DNA from: an uncultured bacterium
GTDB taxonomy: Bacteria > Krumholzibacteriota > Krumholzibacteriia > LZORAL124-64-63
Reading direction: 5' to 3'
NCBI GenBank assembly: GCA_963732385.1
Contig: CAVSZB010000005.1
Span: forward strand, 224,001-288,000
DNA length: 64,000 bases
Under the pieces are notes generated by a model. The model did not search any database. It was not told where the DNA came from and saw only the letters and a program-made list of their open reading frames with translations. Shown here one piece after another: positions 29,461 to 38,152 of this stretch. Position numbers and translations under genes: made by a program. Position 1 is the stretch's first letter. Each line of letters starts with the position of its first letter.

Positions 29461-29581
29461 GAAGGCACCTCCCGGCGACCAGGGAATCAACGCTCTACGC
29501 GGGCCGGTCCGCACGGGTTTCGCGGCGCCAGTCGCGGGCCGGCATCCGCAAGCGCTGCGCAGATCTTGCAATTTGTGAGCG

Positions 29582-29615
29582 AAAAAAGCCCCGGCCGCAT
29601 GGCGATCGGGGCCTT
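29582..29615 (-). terminator. Rho-independent terminator
   Basis: On the minus strand, a GCCCCG...CGGGGC stem is followed by TTTTTT, downstream of the 29656-30303 gene. Confidence 0.75.
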
Positions 29616-29655
29616 CGACGATTCCATCCTGACCCGTTACGGGCTGGCGTCCGTC

Positions 29656-30303
29656 TTAGCGGCGGAAGAGAGACTTCACGCCGCCCCAGGTCAGATTCTC
29701 ACTGGCCACCACGGAGGGAACGTACTCGTAGCACACCGTGACGGTCCAGCTGGCGTCGGTGTGCAGACCCGAGTGGGTCGTGCCGCCGTAGGCGCTGTAG
29801 CTGGTCCAGATCGTGGTCGCCACGTCCATGGGCAGGGTGGAGGTGCCCTGGAAGCCGGCGAAGCCGGTGTCGGCGGGAAGATAGGTTTCCGCTGCCGAAG
29901 CCGTATCGCTGTAGGGCACCGTGGCGCCGGAAGTGCCGGCGTAGTCCTCGACGCCGTCGAAGGCCGTCCGCGCAACGAACGGCGTGCTCATCGTGCCCGC
30001 GTCGCCGACGAGGCTCACGCCCTGCAGCGCGGCGGCGAAGGTCCAGCTGTTCTCGAGAATCCGGTAGCCGCCCGTGCCGGTGCCCAGGTTCTCATAGTAG
30101 AAGTAGCCGTCCAGCGTGGCGGCGACCTGGATGGTCACATTCAGCAGTACACCCTTTACCGGGTCGAACTGCGGGATGTCCAGGGTGGCGTGGAGATCCG
30201 TCAATCCGCCGGCCGCGACGGTATGGATCTCGGTCTCCGCAAACACCACTGAGGAAGCCGCCAGAATAGCGGCAAAAGCGAGGATCGGTAGCAAGCGACG
30301 CAT
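29656..30303 (-). CDS. secreted choice-of-anchor E-like protein with C-terminal WGGVKSLFR motif
   Basis: Signal peptide, PQFDPVKGVLLNVTI and AFDG..DY.GTSG. Ends VASENLTWGGVKSLFRR. Confidence 0.75.
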   Translation of the reverse strand: MRRLLPILAFAAILAASSVVFAETEIHTVAAGGLTDLHATLDIPQFDPVKGVLLNVTIQVAATLDGYFYYENLGTGTGGYRILENSWTFAAALQGVSLVGDAGTMSTPFVARTAFDGVEDYAGTSGATVPYSDTASAAETYLPADTGFAGFQGTSTLPMDVATTIWTSYSAYGGTTHSGLHTDASWTVTVCYEYVPSVVASENLTWGGVKSLFRR

Positions 30304-30487
30304 GTTGAACCTCATTTTGTTGAATAGGCGAGGAAATCAGGCAACATGACACGCTCATGCGTGGATGAGGCCGTTGATTATGCCACGTTCTCGACGATTG
30401 TCAATCCTGACTCCTCGCGGTGCGTATTCGGGGGTGTCCCTCCCGGAAACCCCTCCGATGGCGCCCACGTTCGGGGTTACCAACGAC

Positions 30488-32707
30488 TCACGGCCCGCGG
30501 GTGATATCCATGACCAGGCCGGGGAGGCCTGCGTAGGTGTCGAAGACCCCGATGGCGAGCGGCTGCCACTCGCGCGAGAGCGCCAAAACGTTCAGGCCGC
30601 GGCAGGTGAACGCCTCGTCGCGTCCGTCGAGGCGAATGCTCACGTAATTGCCATGGAACAGGCCGGCGGAAGCGACCTCGAGAGAGCGCGGACAGGCGAC
30701 CTCGCCGAGGCGGGCGCCGGCTGCGAAGCTCGCCGTGACCGGCCCGCCGTTGTTCACCTCGTCCCACACGACGCGACCGTCGACGCACACGGCGGCGTAC
30801 GACCCGCGGTACGCAAGCTCATTGATGGTCGCTCCCATGTCACTCAGCAGCTGCCGTGCCGACGCCGGAAACTTCTCGGTGGCCTCGTCCCGTACGGCCA
30901 ACACCAGGACATCGGCGCGGTGCTCGGCCAGGAAGGTTGTGAGTTCGCACTGGCGAGGATTTAAGTAGGCGGCGGCGCCCGCCAGGGGGTGGGAACTGTG
31001 CAGACATACCCGATAGCCATCGAGGTTGTAGCCGCGAAATTCCCGTCCGACGTGACTGAATATTACCGGGAATTCGCTGTCGCGAATGATGTAGAGCAGA
31101 TTCGGATCCAGTTCGCCACGCTCGACATCGCGACGCCACATGTCGGCGACCTGGTTCCCCCTCACGCCGGGACTGCGCGCCACATAGACGGCACTGACCG
31201 GCTTGCCCGCCTCCACCGCCGGTAGCGCGATATCCTCGAAATCGGCCGCGTACTGGGTGCTGTGCAGGAACGGCGGATAGGTGAAGACGCCTGCGGTCAC
31301 GGCGAAAGCCTCCTGCCAGGCCTGGTCGCGCAGGCGGGACACGTGGTGGCGCGCGGACAGCGCCGCGCGATGTTCAAGCCACGGCGAAATGTCCGCCAGT
31401 TGCACCGCCACGACGAGAACCAGCCACGCCGTCAGCATCCGTGCTGGAATCGCGCGGGCCAGCGACCACAAAGCGAACGCAGTGCCTGCATAGACCAGCG
31501 GCCAAACGAAACGTCCACTCGAACGGAACGCCCGGCTCAACGGCCCGATTGGCGCCAGCACGTTCATCTTCAACAGATAGTGGTCGCTCCAGGCGATCTT
31601 GTTGGAGAGCGCGAACACGACGCAACCGACCACGACCACCAGCAGCGGCCAATGCCGCTTCGCGCGGAGCCACCAACCCCCGCTCGAGAATAGCGCGCAC
31701 AGCGCAAGCGCCCAGGTACTGAGCAGCCCCAGTCCGAGATAGGCGAAGCCCTCCCACTGGGCGCCGTCGACGTACGGCAGGGACTTCAGGAAGCGGCTGC
31801 GACCGGCGGGGTTGAAGAGCGAGTTCAGGTTGAGCGAGTACAGACCGTAGCCGCCGACCGCTTCGTTGATGCCCGAGCCATAGACGAACATGCCGGAAAT
31901 CCACCATGCCAACAGTACGCCGCCGGCGCACAGGCCGACAGCCACCAACGCACGCCACCAAATAATAGCGCGCGTCACGAGAACCTCGCGGACAGACCAC
32001 GCCGCGGCAACAACCAGCACCATGGCCAGTAGATATGGATGAATCATGGTCGTTGCCAAGATCAGCAACACCCACCGAAACGAATTTCGGCGCGACGACG
32101 GACCAGCGTAGAGCGCCAGCGCCAGCAGCAGGAGGCCGTGCGCGGACAGAGCGATGTGCGCCCAGCGGTCGCAGAACGCCGGCATCAGCAGAAAGAGCAA
32201 TGAACCGAGCCCGCGCTGGACGCGATCGCGGAGGATCCGCCCCAGCAGAAGCCAGGCCGCAACGGCCTGCAGAACATGGGCAACCAGGAGCCACGCACCG
32301 AGGTACTGCCACGGCCGCGAGATCCATGCGAAGAGCAGCTTGGCGGGAATCGCTACCAGCGGGATGCCGTCCACGAGCGGGATGGACGACCCCAGCGGCG
32401 CGCCGTAGCCGCGGATCATGCCCAGCGGAAAACCCCAAGGCTCGGTCTGGAAGGAGCGCCAGGCGAGCTGGGTCATGGCAGTGTCGCCGCCACCGAAGCA
32501 CCACTGAATGCTTGCAGGATTCAGGACATTCCAGCCGAACCGCCAATAGAAGAGCAGCGCACCAGCAAAACCCATGGCGACGAGTGCAAGGCGGTCGGGG
32601 GAAACAACGGGTCGTGTCAGGATCCTCACCGGCGGGCGCCTCCCTGCGGTCAAACCAATCGCAACAACCGAAAACTCCGTCCTGTTTCTCCCGGAATCCC
32701 CGTTCAC
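30488..32707 (-). CDS. DUF6311-like polytopic membrane protein (GT-C-like) with C-terminal ILEI-like domain; start uncertain
   Basis: W.FPLG, D.IPL.A, WQYLG.W, IHPYL, YSLNLNSLFNP, QWEGFAYLGLG and FRSSGRFVWP. Confidence 0.75.
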   Translation of the reverse strand: MNGDSGRNRTEFSVVAIGLTAGRRPPVRILTRPVVSPDRLALVAMGFAGALLFYWRFGWNVLNPASIQWCFGGGDTAMTQLAWRSFQTEPWGFPLGMIRGYGAPLGSSIPLVDGIPLVAIPAKLLFAWISRPWQYLGAWLLVAHVLQAVAAWLLLGRILRDRVQRGLGSLLFLLMPAFCDRWAHIALSAHGLLLLALALYAGPSSRRNSFRWVLLILATTMIHPYLLAMVLVVAAAWSVREVLVTRAIIWWRALVAVGLCAGGVLLAWWISGMFVYGSGINEAVGGYGLYSLNLNSLFNPAGRSRFLKSLPYVDGAQWEGFAYLGLGLLSTWALALCALFSSGGWWLRAKRHWPLLVVVVGCVVFALSNKIAWSDHYLLKMNVLAPIGPLSRAFRSSGRFVWPLVYAGTAFALWSLARAIPARMLTAWLVLVVAVQLADISPWLEHRAALSARHHVSRLRDQAWQEAFAVTAGVFTYPPFLHSTQYAADFEDIALPAVEAGKPVSAVYVARSPGVRGNQVADMWRRDVERGELDPNLLYIIRDSEFPVIFSHVGREFRGYNLDGYRVCLHSSHPLAGAAAYLNPRQCELTTFLAEHRADVLVLAVRDEATEKFPASARQLLSDMGATINELAYRGSYAAVCVDGRVVWDEVNNGGPVTASFAAGARLGEVACPRSLEVASAGLFHGNYVSIRLDGRDEAFTCRGLNVLALSREWQPLAIGVFDTYAGLPGLVMDITRGP

Positions 32708-32717
32708 CCTGCCCGCG

Positions 32718-32776
32718 TGGCAGCTACGGTGAATTGAACATAACAGTTCTCCATGCTGAAACTACTCCTGCGCGCC
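32718..32776 (-). repeat. ~60-bp conserved element copy A (promoter-like)
   Basis: Minus strand reads GGCGCGCAGGAGTAGTTTCAGCAT...TGTTATGTT...CCGTAGCTGCCA. It matches 38003-38063. Confidence 0.8.
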
Positions 32777-32785
32777 TGCCGGCGC

Positions 32786-35700
32786 CTACTTCACCAGCGT
32801 CATGCGCTTCGTGTCGTTGAACGACCCCGCTTCCAGCCGGCAGAAGTACACGCCAGCCGCCACGCTCCGGCCGGTGTCGTCGCGACCTGACCAGACACTC
32901 TCCCGGCGGCCCGCCTCGGCCCATTCGCCGCTCACGAGCGTGCGCAGCAGCCGGCCCGACAGGTCGAAGACCTTCAGGCTGACCCTGGCCGGAGCAGGCA
33001 GATCGTAGCGGATCGTGGTGACCGGATTGAACGGATTGGGCACGCACTGGTGGAGCGCGAAATTCGTCGGCAGGGTTTCGGGTACTGCCGTCACCTGATC
33101 CACCACCGCCGCCGCGCTCTCGTTGCCGGCATGGTCGGACGCCGTCAGCAGGAAGTAGCCGTGCGGGAATTCCGCCACGTTCAGGCTGGTGCCGATCGTG
33201 TGATCGATCAGGACCGCGGTTTCGTCGAGGTGGTCGACCGCCGAACCGTAGACGGTGTAGTACTGGAAGTCCGGTTCGGGCGAGGAGGCCCAGACCAGGA
33301 GCGAATTCGCGTCCATCTGGAACCCGCCCGGCACGGCCGGCGCGATGTTGTCCACCGAGTAGCCGCTGTCGGGCGGGCTGGCGAACCAGACCGCCGGCGT
33401 GGTCGTGTGGGCCGTGACCAGATAGACGGCGTAGGGGAGGCCGGCGGCCGAAGAGTCGGCGAAGGTCCGCGCGGGGAAGAGGTACCGGTCCTGCTGCATC
33501 GCGGCCAGGCTGCCCAGCACCTCCCAGGTCCCGGGCGGGATCCCCGCCGCCTCGAGAGCGAGGTCAGAGACCACAAACTTCCGCTCGCCGACCGGCAGCA
33601 CCGGCATCCCGGTGGACGCCTCCGCGACGGCGGCCGGCAGCTTGTCGCCGGCAACCCCGGCCACCCCGATCGTTTTCAACAAGGCCGGGTCGTCCACGCG
33701 GCGCAACACGTTGTAGGTCTGGATGGGCCAGGCGGCCTCGTCGGCGAAATCGTACCCGGAGCGGCTGAAGGTGAGCCGGACCTCGCCCCCCTGGTCGGCC
33801 GGCAGATCGGCGACCGAGGTGATGACCGCGCTGTCGTGCAGCCACTCCAGATCCAGCAGCGAGCAGGTGGGATTGACCATGGCGGCGGCATCCAGGTACC
33901 GATGCTTGCTCTGCCAGAGCAGGAAGGTGCCGGAGGCGTCGAATGTCCGCCACTCTCCGTCGGGCAGGAACGCCTGCCAGTCGGCGCCGTCGTCCGCGCT
34001 GAGCGCCCAGGCGATCGAATCGGTCTGCACGGTCGAAAGCCGAGCGCGAACGATCGGCAGGTCGTGTTGATTCACGGCCAGCGAACGCCCCGTGTCGCGG
34101 CTCGTGTCGAGGAGGCGCTGGAACACCTGCACGACCTGCAGCCCGCCCAGCTGATCCGCCACGAACGCCTGGTCGCCCGACACCGCGACGCCGAGCGCCT
34201 GGCCCGGCGTGTCGAAGCTCCCCAGCCACATCGGATCCTGGGGGTTGGAAATGTCGAAGACCTCCAGGCCCGCGTAGGAGGAGGCCACGAAAGCATACCT
34301 TCCTGCGACGGTGATGTCGTAGGCCGAGGAGGCTGTGGCGTGGCTGCCAGCGTACACCGGCAGGGCCGGATCGGAGACGTCGATCACGACGATCCCGCCC
34401 CCTTCGTCCGCGACGTACGCATAACGGCCCGCGACGGCCACCTTCCTGGCGATTCCCGCAGTATTGAAGGTCCCGGTCAGGGCAGGATGCTTGGGATCGG
34501 AGACGTCGATCACCAGGAGGCCCGAGGAGCCGTCCGCGACGTAGGCGAAGCGGCCGGCGAGGGCAACGCCGACGGCGGATCCCGGGGTGTTGTAAGTTCC
34601 GGCCAGGGCGGGATGCGCCGGGTCCGAGACATCGACCACCTGGAGGCCCGAAGACATGTCGGCGACGAAGGCGTACTTTCCCGAGACGGCAACGCACTGG
34701 GCGTTGGTCGGGCTATCGTAGGTTCCCGACAGGGTGGGGTTCGCCGGATCCGCCACATCGATCACCAGAAGGCCGGACGTGTAGCCGGCGACGTACGCGT
34801 GGTTGCCCGCCACCGTCACCCCGTAGGCGAAGGTGGGGACGGCGCAATGCCCGGCCAGGACGGGCTGCGACGGATCGGTCACGTCGAGCACCTGGAGACC
34901 GTTGGCGTAGTCGGCCACGTAGGCGTAATTGCCCGAGACGGTCACGCCGGCGGTGGAAGAGGAGGTCGGGTAGCTGCCGGCCGGAGCCGGTGGCGTCGGG
35001 TTGGCGATCCTGACCACCTGCAGGCCGGTAGTGCCACCTGCCACGACGGCGACATCCCCCTCGACCGCCACGCCGAACGCCTCGCCCGGCAGGGAGCAGG
35101 TGTCGTAGAGGGCGGGGTGCGCCGGATCGGCGATGTCCACGACCTGCAGGCCCGAGCCGGGAACCGTCACATAGGCGTAGCGCCCCGCGACGGCGACCCC
35201 ACGCTCGACCGACGGGTAGGGGAGGGTGTAGCTGCCCGCGTGAGCGGGGTTCCCGGGGTCGGACAGATCGATGATCTCGAAGCCGGAAAGGGCAATGAAG
35301 GGGCTTCCCACGAGGGCGTAGTGCCCGGCCATGACCACTTCGGAGGCGAATCCCGCCGGGTACGAACTGACCAGCCTGACGGCTGAGCGCACGATCGTGC
35401 CGTTATAGCCCACGACCGTACCGGTGTTCTTGTCGGAGAAATCAACGCCCGTCAGAGCATTGCCGGTGCCGCTGTCCTGCAGGACCCAGTCGGCCCCGCC
35501 GTTGGTCGTCCGCAGGATCGAGCCTAAGGCGCCCACGGCGGTGCCCGTGTTTACGTCGGCGAAGTCGACGGTGTAGAGCCAGTTGGTGGTGCCGCTGGTC
35601 TGGGGCACCCACGAGGCCCCGCCGTTGGTCGTCCGCAGGATCAGGCCGTTGTTCCCGACGACGGTGCCGACAGTCGAGTTCACGAACGAAACCCCGTAGA

Positions 35701-36904
35701 GCACATCCGCCGTGCCGCTGGTCTGAGGCGTCCAGGTGGCGCCGCCGTTCGTCGTCCGCACGATCGTGCCGATATTACCCACGGCCGTGCCGGTGTTCAG
35801 ATCGGTGAAGGAGAGCCTGTAGAGGAATTCGGTCGTGCCGCTGGTCTGGGGCGCCCAGGAGGCCCCGCCATTCGTTGTCCGCAGGATCGTGCCGCTCCCT
35901 CCCACTGCGGTTCCCGTGTATGTGTTGACGAACCACACATCCATCAGGTCTTTGGTAGTGCCGCTGTTCTGGGGCGTCCAGGAGGCGCCGCCGTCCGTCG
36001 TCCGCAGGATGAGGCCCCCCACCCCCACCGCGGTGCCCGTATTCGCGTCCGAGAACCAGACGCCGTTCAACTGGAACGCGGTGCCACTGGTCTGGGGCGT
36101 CCAGGTGACCCCGCCGTCGATCGTGCGCAGGATCGTGCCGGTCCGCCCCACCGCCGTGCCGGTGTTGGCGTCCCTGAAATGCACGTCCGTGAGGTATTCG
36201 CTCGTGCCGCTGGTCTGGAGGGTCCACCGGGGCGCTTCGAGCACCTGCAGGCCGCCGCTCCAGTCCGCCACGCAGATCAGCTGCCCGAAGAGGGCGACCT
36301 TGAAGGCGTTGCCCGGAGTATCGTAGCTCCACGCGAAGGTGGGGCTGGCGGGGTTCCGGATGTCGATCACCTGGAGGCCGGAGAAGCCGTCGGCCACATA
36401 GGCGAGATGCCCGGCCACGACCACGCCCTGGGCCGAGCCGGGAGTATCGTAGGTCCCCACGATCACCGGATTCGCGGGGTCGGAGACGTCGATCACCTGC
36501 AGACCGAGCCCGCCGTCGGCCACGCAGGCGAAATTCCCCCAGGCCGCGACATCCTCGCGCCCGCCCGGCGTGCTGCAGGTTCCCACGAGCGCGGGGGCCG
36601 CCGGGTCGGAGAGGTCCACGACCAGCAGCCCGGCGGCGGTGTCGAGCACGTAGGCGTAATTCCCCGCGAACGCGACCTTGACGGCGGTGCCGGGGGTTGC
36701 ATACGCCCCGGCGACCGTCAACGCGAACGGGGGCAGCCGCAGCTCGCACGCCACCGTGTCCCATCTGGCGGTGGTGTTGAGCGGGTCGCGGTACTGCCGG
36801 GTGGAGAAGTCCTCCAGGTAGCGGACCTGGCCCGCAGCGGCGGCGCCGGCGCAAAGCAACGCCGTGAGCAGAAAGAGCAATCTGGTCGATGGAATGGTTT
36901 TCAT
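32786..36904 (-). CDS. large secreted protein: LVIVD repeats + YCF48-like propeller + FlgD-Ig/T9SS-like CTD
   Basis: Signal peptide, many AYVAD..GLQVIDVSDP..P repeats and a C-terminal PNPFNP...W.GRD..G..V..GVYF.RL. Confidence 0.88.
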   Translation of the reverse strand: MKTIPSTRLLFLLTALLCAGAAAAGQVRYLEDFSTRQYRDPLNTTARWDTVACELRLPPFALTVAGAYATPGTAVKVAFAGNYAYVLDTAAGLLVVDLSDPAAPALVGTCSTPGGREDVAAWGNFACVADGGLGLQVIDVSDPANPVIVGTYDTPGSAQGVVVAGHLAYVADGFSGLQVIDIRNPASPTFAWSYDTPGNAFKVALFGQLICVADWSGGLQVLEAPRWTLQTSGTSEYLTDVHFRDANTGTAVGRTGTILRTIDGGVTWTPQTSGTAFQLNGVWFSDANTGTAVGVGGLILRTTDGGASWTPQNSGTTKDLMDVWFVNTYTGTAVGGSGTILRTTNGGASWAPQTSGTTEFLYRLSFTDLNTGTAVGNIGTIVRTTNGGATWTPQTSGTADVLYGVSFVNSTVGTVVGNNGLILRTTNGGASWVPQTSGTTNWLYTVDFADVNTGTAVGALGSILRTTNGGADWVLQDSGTGNALTGVDFSDKNTGTVVGYNGTIVRSAVRLVSSYPAGFASEVVMAGHYALVGSPFIALSGFEIIDLSDPGNPAHAGSYTLPYPSVERGVAVAGRYAYVTVPGSGLQVVDIADPAHPALYDTCSLPGEAFGVAVEGDVAVVAGGTTGLQVVRIANPTPPAPAGSYPTSSSTAGVTVSGNYAYVADYANGLQVLDVTDPSQPVLAGHCAVPTFAYGVTVAGNHAYVAGYTSGLLVIDVADPANPTLSGTYDSPTNAQCVAVSGKYAFVADMSSGLQVVDVSDPAHPALAGTYNTPGSAVGVALAGRFAYVADGSSGLLVIDVSDPKHPALTGTFNTAGIARKVAVAGRYAYVADEGGGIVVIDVSDPALPVYAGSHATASSAYDITVAGRYAFVASSYAGLEVFDISNPQDPMWLGSFDTPGQALGVAVSGDQAFVADQLGGLQVVQVFQRLLDTSRDTGRSLAVNQHDLPIVRARLSTVQTDSIAWALSADDGADWQAFLPDGEWRTFDASGTFLLWQSKHRYLDAAAMVNPTCSLLDLEWLHDSAVITSVADLPADQGGEVRLTFSRSGYDFADEAAWPIQTYNVLRRVDDPALLKTIGVAGVAGDKLPAAVAEASTGMPVLPVGERKFVVSDLALEAAGIPPGTWEVLGSLAAMQQDRYLFPARTFADSSAAGLPYAVYLVTAHTTTPAVWFASPPDSGYSVDNIAPAVPGGFQMDANSLLVWASSPEPDFQYYTVYGSAVDHLDETAVLIDHTIGTSLNVAEFPHGYFLLTASDHAGNESAAAVVDQVTAVPETLPTNFALHQCVPNPFNPVTTIRYDLPAPARVSLKVFDLSGRLLRTLVSGEWAEAGRRESVWSGRDDTGRSVAAGVYFCRLEAGSFNDTKRMTLVK
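35381..36226 (-). repeat. 7 tandem 123-bp (41-aa) YCF48/BNR-like coding repeats (last one truncated)
   Basis: WxxQxSGTxxxLxxVxFxxxNTGTAVGxxGxILRTTxGGxx. Trp codons at 36224 and 36101 are 123 bp apart. Confidence 0.9.
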
Positions 36905-37339
36905 GACCCCCCCATGGATTCGGCACGCAACTGACGGGAGCCGGTTCCCAGATGGCTCCCGCCGGGCCGGTCGCCCGGGATCCGGATCATCCGGGTGGTC
37001 CCCGCGCCAATGTGGGGGGATGGCAAGCCTTGTCGGTCCTCTCCCCCTTGCCCCGCCGACCTCCCTCCAGGTCGTTGGAAAATTGTACCCCAGTTGCAGT
37101 CCGCGCGTCGAGCCGGCCACCGCCGGTTCGCGGCCGGCCCGTCCCGAACACCTTGATTCAGCAGGGACTTCCGTCGACGATTGCCTCAGGTCCCTGGCTC
37201 CGTCGGCGCTGCGCCCGGCGCGAGGGAAAGCGGACAGGCTGGTCAATATCTCCAGAAATGGCAGTCAGAAACGAAACCACGCCAATTCTCCAACCGACGG
37301 TTGGGGAATTGGCGTGGACAACCCGACGGTCGCTGCGCC

Positions 37340-38026
37340 TCAGCGCGCCGCGTCCGCCTGTTTGGCGTCGAGCAGCCGCTGCGCCTCGGCGAAGGCCTGC
37401 TCGAGCGACGCGGACGGTGCGGCGCCAGGACCCGCGGCGACCACCTGGCGCAGCGAATGCGTCCCCGCCAGCGCCACATCGGTTATGTGGTCACGGACCA
37501 GCCGGTCGATCGTCGCCACCTCCCGCTCCAGGTCGCAGGACGGGTAGAGGAAGCGGAATTCCATGGCCGCGCGCTGCAGGCGCGCCAGCGCCACCCCGGC
37601 GTCGCCCTGATTCGGATCGGCAAGCGCACCGCCGAGCAGGTCGAGATCATCGACCAGGATGTCCGCCGGATTGTTCTCGCGCAGCGTCTCGACGAGGAGC
37701 CGGCAGTCCCGACGCGCCGCCGACACCGCCATCGAATTCCCCTCGACGCCGGCCTGCTCCAACCGTCCCAGCGCCTCCTGCAGCGCCACCGCCCCCCGCC
37801 GCAGATACCGCATCGCCGCGTTCCCCGCCTGCCGCGTCCCCTCCGGCGCCTCTTCGAACTACCCGAGCCCCGGTATCCCGACCGCCGGCACATTCGACAA
37901 CTGCGGCACCCGCATCACCTCCCCCGGTTCCGGCACTGGCGGCCCCGAATGCGCATCGACCCGTTTCTCGGTCACGGAATCCTGAGCCCCGGCGCAAACC
38001 ACGGCGCACAGGAGTAGTTTCAGCAT
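37340..38026 (-). pseudogene. hypothetical secreted protein interrupted by in-frame TAG (or intact 157-aa ORF 37340-37813)
   Basis: The ATG at 38026 (MLKLLLCAVVCAGAQD) is in frame with ORF 37340-37813, with a single TAG at 37859-37861. Confidence 0.45.
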
Positions 38027-38063
38027 CGAGCGCCATGTTATGATCAGTCACCCGTAGCTGCCA
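38003..38063 (+). repeat. ~60-bp conserved element copy B (promoter-like, extended -10 TGTTATGAT)
   Basis: GGCGCACAGGAGTAGTTTCAGCAT...TGTTATGAT...CCGTAGCTGCCA. Confidence 0.8.
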
Positions 38064-38152
38064 TCCCCGCAGGACCGACGGAGCTTCCAGCAGGGACAGG
38101 ACTATCGGTTCCGCGCAGGGGACCGCTGAGCTTTGCAGAAAGCAGGGAGCCC

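Noticed and set aside
35381..36226. CRISPR-like or DGR-like repeats
   Set aside because: The repeats are in-frame 123-bp coding units with no spacers, cas genes or reverse transcriptase.
37859..37861. Pyrrolysine or amber recoding
   Set aside because: TAG is used as a normal stop by many genes here (HU, ThiF-operon neighbours, arsR), and no pyl genes are in the window.
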